A DNA stretch of 63,764 bases, counting the filler, from Octopus bimaculoides (Eukaryota): assembly GCF_001194135.2 (NCBI RefSeq). It is 6 parts of 6 records of this genome, joined end to end, with 100 filler letters (N's around TTAATTAATTAA, not from the genome) between each part and the next. Parts side by side here need not be neighbours in the genome. Positions count along the whole stretch, not along the records: positions 26,094 to 39,821 come from NC_068981.1; positions 39,922 to 48,295 come from NC_068983.1; positions 48,396 to 54,872 come from NC_069000.1; 3 more parts are not named here. One strand, 5' to 3'. A model generated the notes under the pieces. That model did no database searches. It saw only the letters and a program-made list of their open reading frames with translations, and was not told the DNA's origin. This document shows positions 39,030-51,030 of this stretch, one piece after another. Each line of letters opens with the position of its first letter. The stretch's first letter is position 1. A program made the position numbers and the translations under genes.

Positions 39030-39460
39030 ATTAAGGCAGTGACTGGCAGAATCGTTAGCACGCTGGGCGGAATGTTTAGCGGTTCTGAGTTCAAATTCCG
39101 TCCAGGTCGACTTTGCCTTTTATTTTTGCAGGGTCGATAAATTAAGTACCAGTGAAACACTGGGTCGATGTAATCGACTTATCCCCTCCCCTAAAACTGC
39201 TGCCCTTGTGGTAAAAATTTGAAACCAGTATTATTGTTGTTGTTGTTGCTGTTGTTGGTAAGAAATTATTAGTGCGTCGGACAAAATGCTGAGCGACATT
39301 TTTTCCGTTTTCCTTATATTTCAGAGTTCAATTCACACTATGATCGAGTTGGTCTTTTATGCCTTGGGATTCGGTAGAATAAGTAACTCTTGAGTACAGG
39401 GACCGATGTAATCGTCCCTCCTCTACCGCGAAATTGTTGGCCCTGTGCCAAAATTTGAAA
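39030..39460 (+). mobile_element. Two tandem SINE family B copies (39030-39228; 39270-39460)
   Basis: ggcagaatcgttagcacgctgggcg...gagttcaaattcc...gggtcgataaattaagtaccag...gtcgatgtaatcgact...aaatttgaaacc. The second copy is diverged. Confidence 0.8.
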
Positions 39461-39461
39461 A

Positions 39462-39512
<51 letters not shown>

Positions 39513-39533
39513 TATCATTATTATTATTATTAT

Positions 39534-39821
39534 TCAGTAGTTTTATTTTTATAACGTGCTTTCACTTCACTACCGAGCGCAGCTCTGTGCGCCTTGGGTA
39601 TGTGCTGTGGTTTGCTGTGGTGCTCTTATGTTTACTGTATTGAAAGTGTTTTGCGTAGAATGTGTGCAGTACCCAGTAGTGCAATTTTCTGGATGTTATA
39701 TATATTTGTAAGTCCTGGTGTTTTTGTTATGTATTTGTCTGAATATTTTTTTATTATACCTAAGGCACCTAGTATGATAGGAATTATTTCTGTTTTTAGA
39801 TTCCACATTCGAGTTATCTCT
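39534..39821 (-). mobile_element. R4/Dong-like 3' end, second young copy
   Basis: Reverse complement of 1-290 with only a few substitutions. Followed by an (AAT)/(GAT)n tract. Confidence 0.85.
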
Positions 39822-39865
39822 NNNNNNNNNNNNNNNNNNNNNNNNNNNNNNNNNNNNNNNNNNNN

Positions 39866-39877
39866 TTAATTAATTAA
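39866..39877. other. Artificial scaffold linker TTAATTAATTAA
   Basis: 44 N on each side. Confidence 0.95.
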
Positions 39878-39921
39878 NNNNNNNNNNNNNNNNNNNNNNN
39901 NNNNNNNNNNNNNNNNNNNNN

Positions 39922-40110
39922 ACGCACACGCACATAGACACACACACATATGTGACGGGTTTCTTTCAGTTTCGTCTACAAAATCTACTCGCAGGGTTTT
40001 GGTCGGCCCGAAGTTGCAGTAGACGACACTTGCCCAAGGTGTCAAACAGTAGAACTGAATCAGAAACCATGTGGCTATGAAACAAACTTCTTGCCACACA
40101 ACCTCGCCTA
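39922..40110 (-). mobile_element. SINE family A, 5' part
   Basis: gacacttgcccaaggtg...gaaaccatgtgg. Confidence 0.7.
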
Positions 40111-40129
40111 CGCAGATGATTTGTTTACA

Positions 40130-40335
40130 GTGATCAAATGTTTATGCTGCTCGCTAGAGCTCACTTCCTCAATGAAATCGACATTGCATGTACAGGTGTA
40201 TAGTGCGCTGCATATCATATCTCGAAGTGGTCGCAGAGCAACATGAAATGAAGAGTTTTGCCCAAGAACACAACGTACCACTCGGTTCAGAAATTGAAAC
40301 CACGGTCTCACGATCATGAGTACAACATCCTAATC
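40130..40335 (-). mobile_element. SINE family D-related copy
   Basis: tgaaatgaagagttttgcccaagaacacaacg...ctcacgatcatgag...aatcactaggctac. Confidence 0.6.
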
Positions 40336-40515
40336 ACTAGGCTACACGCCTTCACATGCATACATATACTTATACACATACATATATAACTAGAGATATA
40401 CAAATGTGCACATGTACGCCCACATACCTGCACATACAGAAGGAAGGGCATCCATAAATATTGTAGCCGAACCGTCAAATACGGTGAGTTCCTTTCTCTG
40501 TTATCTGTTCTTATC

Positions 40516-40566
<51 letters not shown>

Positions 40567-41221
40567 GTCTGTCTGTCTCTGTGAGTGTTTCTCTCTCTCT
40601 CTGCCTGTTTGTCTGTCTATCTGTCTGTCTGTCTCTCGCTCAAATGTTCTATCCATCCATTTATCTATATATCTACCTATCTAATATATCTATTTCTCCC
40701 TCAAAGGTTTTCGTTGCTTCCATTTGAAGGTGTGCGCGTGTGCGTAGACTTGCATCGCGAAAAATACAGAACCTTCGAGTAAATATTAAATAAATCATTT
40801 TAAAGAAATGTCTGAAAGTGGATGAAGTAATAAATAATACCATGTAATGTACTACGTTAAAAATCTTAGCATGAATAAAAGGCTGAAGCTGCAGCAGATA
40901 GCCTTTGCCTTTCTTTTTTTATTTTTTTTTTGCTATCCAAAGATTTTTAACCGAATAATTTATATTCTATTATTTATAGCTCTATCTACTTTAGGGCTTA
41001 CACTTAAAATGATTTTGTTATATATACATACATACATACATACATACATACATACATACATACATACATACATACATACATACATACATACATACATACA
41101 TAGCCTGTTGTTGATGTTGAAATTTCAATGGAGGAGTCTTGGATCTAAGTTAGAAACCGACTCTTTCTCTATTGGCAAGAAATCTTGAAATAAAACTGAA
41201 CAATGGCATACATGCGTTTGT

Positions 41222-41525
41222 ATATGTCTATGTGTATACGTGGGACGGATCCGTCTGTCGGCCGAGTCTGTAGTAATGATCGCACTACCACCCTCCTTCA
41301 ATCGAGCAAGCATCGCAGTTTTCCTGTGCCTGGTGATGTGGCGAAAAAGGTTCTTTGGTGGACAAGGCTGAAAGCGATGCGAACGGATACGTTCCTCTTT
41401 GGTGGAGCTCTCACTGATTCTTCAAGTTTCATTTCAAAAGGAAATTGAAAATGAAGAGGGCAGTGTTGTTCTCGAGTGAGTTTATTGAAAGGTGGTTGAA
41501 AGTTGCGAAAATGGCAATTTAAGCG
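41222..41525 (+). mobile_element. 3' end of Tx1/L1-like LINE ORF2, frameshifted
   Basis: RIRLSAESVVMIALPPSFN...VFLCLV / AKKVLWWTRLKAMRTDTFL / FKFHFKRKLKMKRAVL..EFIERWLKVAKMAI*. The K..(I/L)W..R...F...W C-terminal pattern fits Tx1/L1 ORF2. Confidence 0.55.
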
Positions 41526-41691
41526 ACTTAGGCTCACCCCAAAATTGCTGGCCTTGTGCCAAAACGTGAAACGATTTTTCTCATGTTTTAGTTTAAGTTA
41601 TGGTTACATATTTTTAGAGATGCTGCTGGGATACTATTTACGATCTCATACATAATTCAAAATAAAATAGCCAATAATAATTAAATAGATT

Positions 41692-42115
41692 TTTGCTTAC
41701 CAACCACATGGTTCCGGGTTCAGTCCCACTGCGTGGCACCTTGGGCAAGTGTCTTCTACTATAGCCTCGGGCCGACCGAAGCCTTATGAGTAGATTTGGT
41801 AGACGAAAAGTGAAAGAAGCCTGTCGTATATATGTATATNNNNNNNNNNNNNNNNNNNNNNNNNNNNNNNNNNNNNNNNNNNNNNNNNTATATATATATA
41901 TATATATATGCATGTGCGTGTATATGTTTGTGTATCTGTGTTTGTTCCCCACCATCGCTTGGCAACCGATGCTGGTGTGTTTACGTCCCCGTAACTTAGC
42001 GGTTCGGCACAAAGAGACCAATAGAATAAGTACTAGGCTTACAAAGAATAAGTCCTGGGGTCGATATGCTCGACTAAAGGCGGTGCCCCATCATGGCTGC
42101 AGTCAAATGACTGTG
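41692..42115 (+). mobile_element. SINE family A (5' truncated)
   Basis: Nearly identical to 45437-45845. The gap falls in the internal (TA)n. Confidence 0.9.
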
Positions 42116-42769
42116 TCGTGCTGATTCTCTCTGAGTATGATGTTAAGATTACGCCTGTTCAGTCATTAACACCCTAAATAAATAATCACCTGGTTCTTGT
42201 TGATACAAATAAATACTCAACGTTGAAACAGACTAAAATCCATTTTTACTTACTGAAATATTCTAAGTAATGTGAATGACAGAAATGCCAGAATACCAGA
42301 CAAACTATTTTATCAGTATTTAGTTACCTTTCTTCTCATCATAGGTTTAAATGTCGTCTGAGTCGACTTTACACCCCGTGTTCTTCGATGACGATCGATA
42401 GAATAAGCTACACCCAAGAACTGGGGTCAATTTAATCCCTAAACTTAGTCTTTCCAGGTCGATCAAATAAGTACTAGACAAAGTCCTAAAGTCAAAATAA
42501 TTTGCTAAAAACGCCCCCATCACCTTTACGGTCCAATGACTTCAGTAAGTGAAGGGATAAAGGTATGGTATGCTGTTATTTGTACGATGTTATTAAAATA
42601 GTATTTTAACAAAACGGTGTGGGAGGCTGGGTCAGTCGGACAACTGGACAGTTATGTCAACAAGAAAGTTAACTGCCAAATGCTCAGTCCATATAATTGT
42701 AAGAAGGTGCCTCGGGTGTCGCAATAGAGCAACAATATCGTAAAATTGCAGAGATTTTATTTAAATCAA

Positions 42770-43131
42770 TGTAATTAGGCTCCATTCTTCTTTTGAGTTA
42801 GTGTCGTGACAGGATCACAAATAATAAGAACATTGGAAGCTGGGACCAAAAGTTAATAAATGATAATGGTCGTGATGGCTCGTTCTCTGTAAGCGGCTCT
42901 GCACAATGTTTACGATAAAGGCAATTCTGAGATAAGTCACGATGCCTGACTGTAATTAGGCATCATTCCTCTTTTGCGTTAACATCGTGACAGAATCACA
43001 AACAATAAGATCATTGGGAGCTGGAACCAAAAGGTAATAAATGATAATGGTCGTGATGGCTCGTTCTCTGTAAGCGGCCCTGCACGATGTTTACGATGAA
43101 GACAATTCTGTGGTAGACCATGATGTCTGAC
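42770..43131. repeat. Two diverged 181-bp tandem units
   Basis: Units start tgtaattaggc at 42770 and 42951. The core aataaatgataatggtcgtgatggctcgttctctgtaagcggc is identical. Confidence 0.9.
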
Positions 43132-43774
43132 GGTGGAGTGGCTTACCACCGTTTGTAAACTTAAAGGAGTATTTCATTCACTGAAATTAATTGTAAAGAA
43201 AAACAAGTAAATTAACGATGCTTTAAGAAGTATCAAAACTAGAAATAGAAGTAAAATGAACTTAGATAAACTGTCTTCGATGATAACTCGTTAACAGTCT
43301 TATTCTTCTCTTCGGCCTTACGTTTTGTACGGTTAAAAAAGCTGTCANNNNNNNNNNNNNNNNNNNNNNNNNNNNNCATATATATATACATATATATATA
43401 CATACATACATACATACATACATACATACATACATACATACATACATACATAGTTGTCGGTAATAGGATTACAACGAAATTTACTGTAAATAAACTTATT
43501 TATTTAGTAAAGGGTTTTCTTTTTATCAGAAGAGACAAATATATTTTTACTGCCATAAAATCTTCTTAGCATACATTTTATGTCGTTCGGGAATCGGTTC
43601 GATTATTCTCGAAATTTAATAGTGTCTATCATTTTAAACAATTCTTTCCCAAATTATTGTAACAGTATATCCTGAGGGAGATATTTATAATTTATTAATC
43701 TAAATTTCTTTAATTTTTGTTTTTATTTTAACAATCTGCATCAATATTATCTTGGAAAAAAGTAAAAGACAGGA

Positions 43775-44091
43775 TTCCCATCCCAACCTTTTAAATACGA
43801 TACTTTGTGGTTCACGAAACTAAACTAGAAAAAATATTACATACAAAAATACGAAATTTTATGAACAATAGAACTCGATATTCCAAAGATTTTCATTCGT
43901 TTTGGAACCACCAAAATTCCAAGTAAGAGGCAGTACTTCCATCCCAACCTTTTAAATACGATATTTTGTGGTTGCACGAAACTAAACTGGAAAAAAAATC
44001 ACAGCCAAAAATTTTTACATACGAAATTTTATAACCAATAGAACCCGATATTCCAAAGATTTTCATTCATTTTGGAACTACCTAAGTTCCA
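43775..44091. repeat. Two diverged tandem units of about 160 bp
   Basis: ccatcccaaccttttaaatacgat...gatattccaaagattttcattc.ttttggaac occurs at about 43778 and 43939. Confidence 0.9.
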
Positions 44092-45224
44092 TGTATACAA
44101 GTGTATCAATATACATATGGAGTCTTAATTCTTAATCTTTGACATAAAGTAGAAATTAATCCATACTAGCAACCCGTGTACTTAGTCCAACAAACCATAT
44201 TATGCATATCCGAAGCATATCAAATAGTTTCTAGCACAGAAAGTCTGAGACGCTTTCTATTTTCAGACTTATTGTAAAGTAATTCTCTTCTCTTTTGTTG
44301 ACTATACAAGATATCGAACTATTCCTTATTATTCAGATCATTTTTCAACGTCGAATAATATAAGTTCCCGGTTAAATTCCAGAACTTTATAATTATGCTA
44401 AGACTTTATTTCACTTCACATATTGACAATTACAATCCCCAAAGAAATAATCTATATTTTTTTATATATTCATATTCACGCTCTTTCAATATATTTTACT
44501 TCAACATATGTATTGGAAAAGAAAAACAGATTAAAGGTTTTGTAAAATTTAAAATGACATTTATACATTCTACGTCTTTTATTCTTTAAAACCCTCCGAA
44601 GTATGTCTAACATCTCCCCCATTTTAAAGTCTTTCTTTTTTTCTTTTTTTTTTTGCTATAGCACAAAACTTACATTTGCCTTATGTAATCAAAATATTGT
44701 AACAATTATCTATTAGTATTTTTGAGAGAGAGGTTAAAATGTAGTATTCTTGATGGTATTCAACTTCATATTTTTTAACAATGGTAAAATTATTAACAAC
44801 TTAATATCAATGTCATTTCAAATGTAAATCTGAAAATAATTGAATGCCAGTTTTAATATGCACAATTTTGTATTTTTTGAAAACATTTTTACTAAAATTA
44901 ACTTTATTTCAAACGTACAAAACCTCCCCAAATCATACCTTATCATCTGAAAATAAAGAAATATTCAACGATGTAATCCTAAATCAGTGATGGCGAAACT
45001 TTTTCTTCCGGAACATTAAATTCTCATTTCTTAAATAAACTTGTTGAAGGGTTACATGCATTTGACTTAAGTTCTACGTAAATTCTTACTCTGGATGCGG
45101 CATATACATTTACCCACTATTTAAACATAAGTCATGCACTTCAGTTGAGAAAAGATTAAGGTGTATGGCGAAAACAAAATGTGGCCATTTGGAATTGTAA
45201 GTATATGTAAAATATAGGCGAAAA

Positions 45225-45420
45225 ACAAGAAATTTCAGGGGAAGATGTAAGTCAATTACATCGTTTCTAGTGATCAACTGGTACTCATTTCATCGATCTC
45301 AAAAGGATCAGAGGCAAAGTTAACCTCGGCGAAATTTGAACTTAGAACGTAAAAAAATATTTGAACTTAGGACGAAACGCCGTCATGCATTTTGCTCGGC
45401 GTGCTAGCGATTTTGTGGAC
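45225..45420 (-). mobile_element. SINE family B
   Basis: gtcaattacatcg...ctggtactcatttcatcgat...ggcaaagttaacctcggcgaaatttgaac. Confidence 0.75.
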
Positions 45421-45436
45421 TCGTCGCTTTATATAT

Positions 45437-45845
45437 GTGGCTGTGTGGTAAGTAGCTTGCTTACCAACCACATGGTTCCGGGTTCAGTCCCACTGCGTGG
45501 CACCTTGGGCAAGTGTCTTCTACTACAGCCTCGGGCCGACCAAAGCTTTGTGAGTGGATTTGGTAGACGGAAACTGAAAGAAGCCCGTCATATATATGTA
45601 TATATATATGTATGTGTGTATATGTTGTGTATCTGTGTTTGTCCCCACAACATCGCTTGACAACCGATGCTGGTATGTTTAGGTCCCCGTAACTTAGCGG
45701 TTCGGCAAAAAGAGAACGATAGAATAAGTACTAGGCTTACAAAGAATAAGTCCTGGAGTCGATTTGATTCGACTAAAGGCGGTGCTCCAACATGGCCGCA
45801 GTCAAATGACTGAAACAAGTAAAATAATAAAAGAAAGAATAAAGA
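45437..45845 (+). mobile_element. Full-length tRNA-derived SINE family A
   Basis: A box TGGCTGTGTGG, B box GGTTCAGTCCC, internal (TA/TG)n, 3' tail aaatgactgaaacaagtaaaa. At least 9 copies in the window. Confidence 0.9.
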
Positions 45846-48001
45846 ATATGTATATATATATATATACACACACACACATATATGTGTGTGTGTCTGTGTG
45901 TATGTGTGTGTGTATCTGTGTCTCTGTGTCTGTGTCTGTGTCTGTGTGTGTGTAAAATATTGTCAATAAATATATCAGCCTGTAAATTTTTTATTCTATG
46001 ATAAAGTGAATAATGGGTAAATATATATGATGCAACCGGTAGATGAGTTTTTTTATAACAATGTTACAGGGAGATTTTTTTTCAAAATCGCTCACATGCC
46101 ACTCCTGAAGCGAGTTCATAGACTCGCCATCACTGTTTCATGTATATAGACTGGATGGCAACGGCTAGAATTCCTTTGATAATAGGTCGATTAGTGCTAA
46201 TTTAGATCTAAATAAAATCATCATCATCTAAATTTCGGAATACATTAAAAGAAAAAAAATTGTACGAGAGCAACGTTATTCTGGAATATATTGCAACCTT
46301 GAAGCATTGATTAGCATACACTTTGGTTTTTATAGATAAGACAGAAAAAGAAGTTAGAAAAGTAATGTGTCTGTGATTTCTCTGAGTCTTCTCAAAGTGT
46401 TGTGATCGATCTAATAGTTTCGATTCCTGCAAATTTAAATCTGTATGAACTCGATTGTTTTTGACATTAGGTCTACGTAATCAGACCAACATAAGACTAA
46501 ACAACAACAACATTATCGGGGCTACAGTCCTGAGAATGAATGATTCAGTAAAATGTTTAATCGAGTAGGGCTGGCAGGCTTGGCTGATCTACTTTGTATG
46601 ACAAGAGAAAAGGGGCGGAAAGACAATGTTGGAGTTGGATGCAACTTAATTGTTTAGAAGAAGAGAGTCACAGTAGAAGCAATAAATGACAGAGAAAAAA
46701 GCCATCACACCTGTGAGCCAATCAGGGAGTACTCAATAAGCATGAACCAGAAGTTCTATCCATTTCCTTCCAGGTTTTCCTTTTTACCTCTACAAAGTAT
46801 TATATAAGAATAATATTTAACGTCAATCTTATTGTGGTTTGATAATTATCATTGGATGTACCTGGGTCATACTTTTGTAACAATTCACGTGAGCCACATT
46901 TTTGTTATAATTCCCAAACCTTCTGCACTGTCATTTTAATGCCAGTTATGTTGTGATACGAAAACTGCGTCTTTGGATTCACGTGGGTTATATTTGTTAT
47001 AATTTCACACACACCCGCCTCCACCTCAAAACTTCCTTTGAACTTTAGGTTAAAAACATTGTCAGATATCTCCATCAGCTATATAAAGTTTACTCAAGCT
47101 GCAGGAGTCTCTCTATGGTCGCTTAGCCCTTCTCTTTATAACAGATGAACCTGGAGAATTCTGCTGGCCCACCCAAACCGATGACCTTGGTGTTGCCAAT
47201 ATTTCGTTTAAACTGTTGCAGGAAAGAAATGAGTAGAGAGAAAATTCCAGTGGAACGATGTTCTAGAGAAGAAGGACTGGATATAGTAGTGGATGCAGGA
47301 CCAGATATGTTAGGCACGATAAGAGTGACGAGCGATGAAAAGACAAGACGGTCGGGAGTGCTTGAGAAGAGGAGCTACGAGACCTGCCAGCTCTGAAGAA
47401 CTGATGCCAGCAATATCAATCAAATCGCTCTCATATAACACCCTAACTATTTTTATGACTTAGTCAATAAAAGAAGAGCAATGTCCCTACACATTTTCAT
47501 GGTCTTCGAGACAGGTGAGAGAGAGGGCCCTGATTTCAATGCTTACAACAGTGTAAACTCTACTAAAGACATTCATAAGACAAGTAGTGATCTTTAATCG
47601 GTCGAGGTTATGAGACAAGACACTTGCTGAAGATATCACGCAGTGGGACTGAAGCCGAAACTATGGTGTTTGTAAAGTTTATCAGTAAATATTTACCATT
47701 GCTGTTTAATTTTTATAGTTAAGCTTTTTTCAATATGAATTAACAGCGAGATATTTTTTAAATTCTTTTTGAAATCCATTGCGTGTCATAAACTCGTCTT
47801 CACTGCCCAATATATCAAAAGATACAGGCTGGTTACAGTTGGAATGTCGTTTCATCAGTAGTAACCTGGACTAAGCAACAACATCGAAAAAGTTCCAAAG
47901 AAAAAAATGAACTTTTAAAAATGTTCAACAATTTGTACAAATTATATAAAACCATGGAGAGCTGTAATATATTGCAGCTTTAACGCATAAATAAAGAAAA
48001 G

Positions 48002-48295
48002 TTGTTGTTTGGCATTCCGTCGCTTACGATGTCGAGGGTTCCAGTTGATCCGATCAACGGAACAGCCTACTCGCAAAATCAACGTGCAAGTGGCTGAGCA
48101 CTCCACAGACACGTGTACCCTTAACGTAGTTCTCGGGAATGTTCAGCGTGACACAGTGTGACAAGGCTGACCCTTTGAATTACAGGTACAACAGAAACAG
48201 GAAGTAAGAGTGAGAGAAAGTTGTGGTGAAAGAGTACAGCAGGGTTCGCCACCATCCCCTCCCGGAGCCTCGTGGAGCTTTAGGTGTTTTCGCTC
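48002..48295 (-). mobile_element. SINE family C
   Basis: Reverse complement of 60880-61172 (ggaaccctcgac.tcgtaagcgacgga.tgccaac tail). Confidence 0.85.
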
Positions 48296-48339
48296 NNNNN
48301 NNNNNNNNNNNNNNNNNNNNNNNNNNNNNNNNNNNNNNN

Positions 48340-48351
48340 TTAATTAATTAA
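48340..48351. other. Artificial scaffold linker TTAATTAATTAA
   Basis: 44 N on each side. Confidence 0.95.
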
Positions 48352-48463
48352 NNNNNNNNNNNNNNNNNNNNNNNNNNNNNNNNNNNNNNNNNNNNATGTG
48401 TTGTAACCTGAGACCGTTGTTGTGTCCCTCTTCAAAGTTGTTTAAGGATCCGCAGGAAAATGC

Positions 48464-48520
<57 letters not shown>

Positions 48521-48595
48521 CGTAGTAGTTGTAGTAGCAGCAGTAGCAGCAGCAGTTGACAGATAGATACATACATACGTACACACATTGAGCCT

Positions 48596-48965
48596 CAGAC
48601 CTAGCTGTCTGGTTAAAAAGCTCGCTTTACAACCGCGTGGTTTTGGGTTCAGTCCTACTGTGCAGCACCATAAGCCTTCTCATTCAATTTGGGAGAGGAA
48701 AACTGTGAAAGTTCGCCATACACACACACACACACACACATGTGTGTGTGTGTGTGTGTGTAACTCTTTGTTCTGTGTTTGTTCCCACTCACAACCGGTA
48801 TTAATTTGCTTAAGTCCTCGTTAATTAACAGCTCTGCGTAAGGGATCTTATGGAATAGCTATTAGTTTTTAAATGTAAGTACTGAGATCGATTTTCTTTA
48901 TTTTTTTTGTATTAAATGTTTTTAAGAGGATGCCCCAGCATGGCTGCAGTCCAATATGGGAACCA
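48596..48965 (+). mobile_element. Old, diverged SINE family A-like copy
   Basis: gggttcagtcctactgtgcagcacc head, internal (CA)/(TG) tract, ccccagcatggctgcagtccaa tail. Confidence 0.55.
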
Positions 48966-48984
48966 AGAAATGGATACGTGACAA

Positions 48985-49046
<62 letters not shown>

Positions 49047-49518
49047 NNNNNNNNNNNNNNNNNNNNNNNNNNNNNNNNNNNNNNNNNNNNNNNNNNNNNN
49101 NNNNNNNNNNNNNNNNNNNNNNNNNNNNNNNNNNNNNNNNNNNNNNNNNNNNNNNNNNNNNNNNNNNNNNNNNNNNNNNNNNNNNNNNNNNNNNNNNNNN
49201 NNNNNNNNNNNNNNNNNNNNNNNNNNNNNNNNNNNNNNNNNNNNNNNNNNNNNNNNNNNNNNNNNNNNNNNNNNNNNNNNNNNNNNNNNNNNNNNNNNNN
49301 NNNNNNNNNNNNNNNNNNNNNNNNNNNNNNNNNNNNNNNNNNNNNNNNNNNNNNNNNNNNNNNNNNNNNNNNNNNNNNNNNNNNNNNNNNNNNNNNNNNN
49401 NNNNNNNNNNNNNNNNNNNNNNNNNNNNNNNNNNNNNNNNNNNNNNNNNNNNNNNNNNNNNNNNNNNNNNNNNNNNNNNNNNNNNNNNNNNNNNNNNNNN
49501 NNNNNNNNNNNNNNNNNN

Positions 49519-49549
<31 letters not shown>

Positions 49550-50149
49550 TAATACATACAGTACACCTTTTTATGTGCTACTAATAGTTTCATACGTTGA
49601 GAAATATCTCAAACATATTCATCAGGCACAAATCATATATCATAACGATCTGAAAATTAAATGAGGGAAGAAACGCGAAAAGTATGTACTGCACGTGTAT
49701 GTATATGCATGCGTTTGTGTGTATGTACATGCATACAAACATGTATATGTAACAAAAAGAAAATGTGTCCGCTTTACCCGTGGACATTTGTACTTAGTCT
49801 ACATTTTCCTTGGTAAGACAGGGATTCATCTGTTTAATTCTAATTCCGCTGAGCGCATTGATTCATTACGTAGTAATGCAACAAAACAACATTTATAGCA
49901 CTTTTGACACAATATGTAGCTTTAAAAAATATGCTGTTTATTAATTTGTTTGTTTTTTTAAATTTCTTTCACTTTCTTTATTCTGGTCGAGACGGTCTAT
50001 ATTTCATGTTTGCAAAATCTCTGCTTGACTGTTCTATTAATCAAACATTATGTTACTAATTAAACGGGTTAGTCGATTTTTCATTGAGCGCTAATTAATT
50101 ATTCAGCTAGCATGTTTGACTCATTCTATTACCTAATCTTCTACATTTT

Positions 50150-50419
50150 TTCTTCTCTCTTCCCCTTCTCTTCCCGTTCATTCTCTCACCCTCTCTCTCT
50201 CCTTCATCCTTTCTCTCTCGCACGCGCATACGCTTTTACCCACGATCTTTCATTCTCTCTCTCTCTCTTTTCTCTCTCTCTCTTTTCTCTCTCTCTCTCT
50301 TTTCTCTCTCTCTCTCTTTTCTCTCTCTCTCTCTCTTTTCTCTCTCTCTCTCTCTTTCTCTCAACTCATTCTCTTTCTTTCACTCTCTGACGCCCGCGCT
50401 TTTGCCCATGGTATTTCAT

Positions 50420-50493
<74 letters not shown>

Positions 50494-50868
50494 GACAGAT
50501 AAACAAACAGATAAGCAGAGACAGACAGACAGAGAGATGCATGTATGTGTGTATATATGTATACTTGTATCTATGCATGTATGTATGTGTGTATGCATGT
50601 TTGTGTGTGTATGTGTGTGCGTGCGTGTGTGTGTGTGTGTGTTTCGCTTCCCTTCTCTGTTGTTATTCTGCTCAACACCAAAGTTTCTCTCTCTCTCTCT
50701 CCCTATCTCTCTCTCTCTCTCTCTCTCCATATCTCTCTCTCTCTCTCTCCCTATCTCTCTCTCCCTCTCTCCCTATATCTCTCTCTCTCTCTTTATTACT
50801 TATCCAACTCCCATGTTTCCTTTCCTTCCTCCTCTCTCCTCCACTCCCTCCTCCACCACATCCTACTA

Positions 50869-50907
<39 letters not shown>

Positions 50908-51030
50908 TTGTTGTTGCTGCTGCTGCAGATGATGATGATGATGATGACGATGATGATACTACTACTACGACTACAACTACTACTACTACTACTACCACCA
51001 CCACCACCACCACCACCACCACCACTGCCA
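50150..51030. repeat. Compound (CT)n, (TG)n, (CTA)/(CTG)/(GAT)/(CCA)n microsatellite field
   Basis: Directly visible. Source of many spurious ORFs. Confidence 0.95.

Larger units (their letters stand above)
44985..46135. mobile_element. hAT-type MITE with nested SINE B and SINE A
   Basis: 12-bp TIRs CAGTGATGGCGA (44985) and TCGCCATCACTG (ending 46135). The flanking 8-mers tcctaaat and tttcatgt do not match, so the TSD is decayed or absent. Confidence 0.6.

Noticed and set aside
42770-43131. Minus-strand hydrophobic peptide (SFITFWFQLPMILLFVILSR) as a GPCR TM exon
   Set aside because: Both units have an in-frame stop, substitutions are mostly nonsynonymous, and it lies on the wrong side of the TM1-2 exon and in another block.
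47100-47400. CR1/L2-like LINE fragment on the minus strand (RPS..HIWS, SLEHR)
   Set aside because: Motif spacing is inconsistent; cannot be supported without a profile search.
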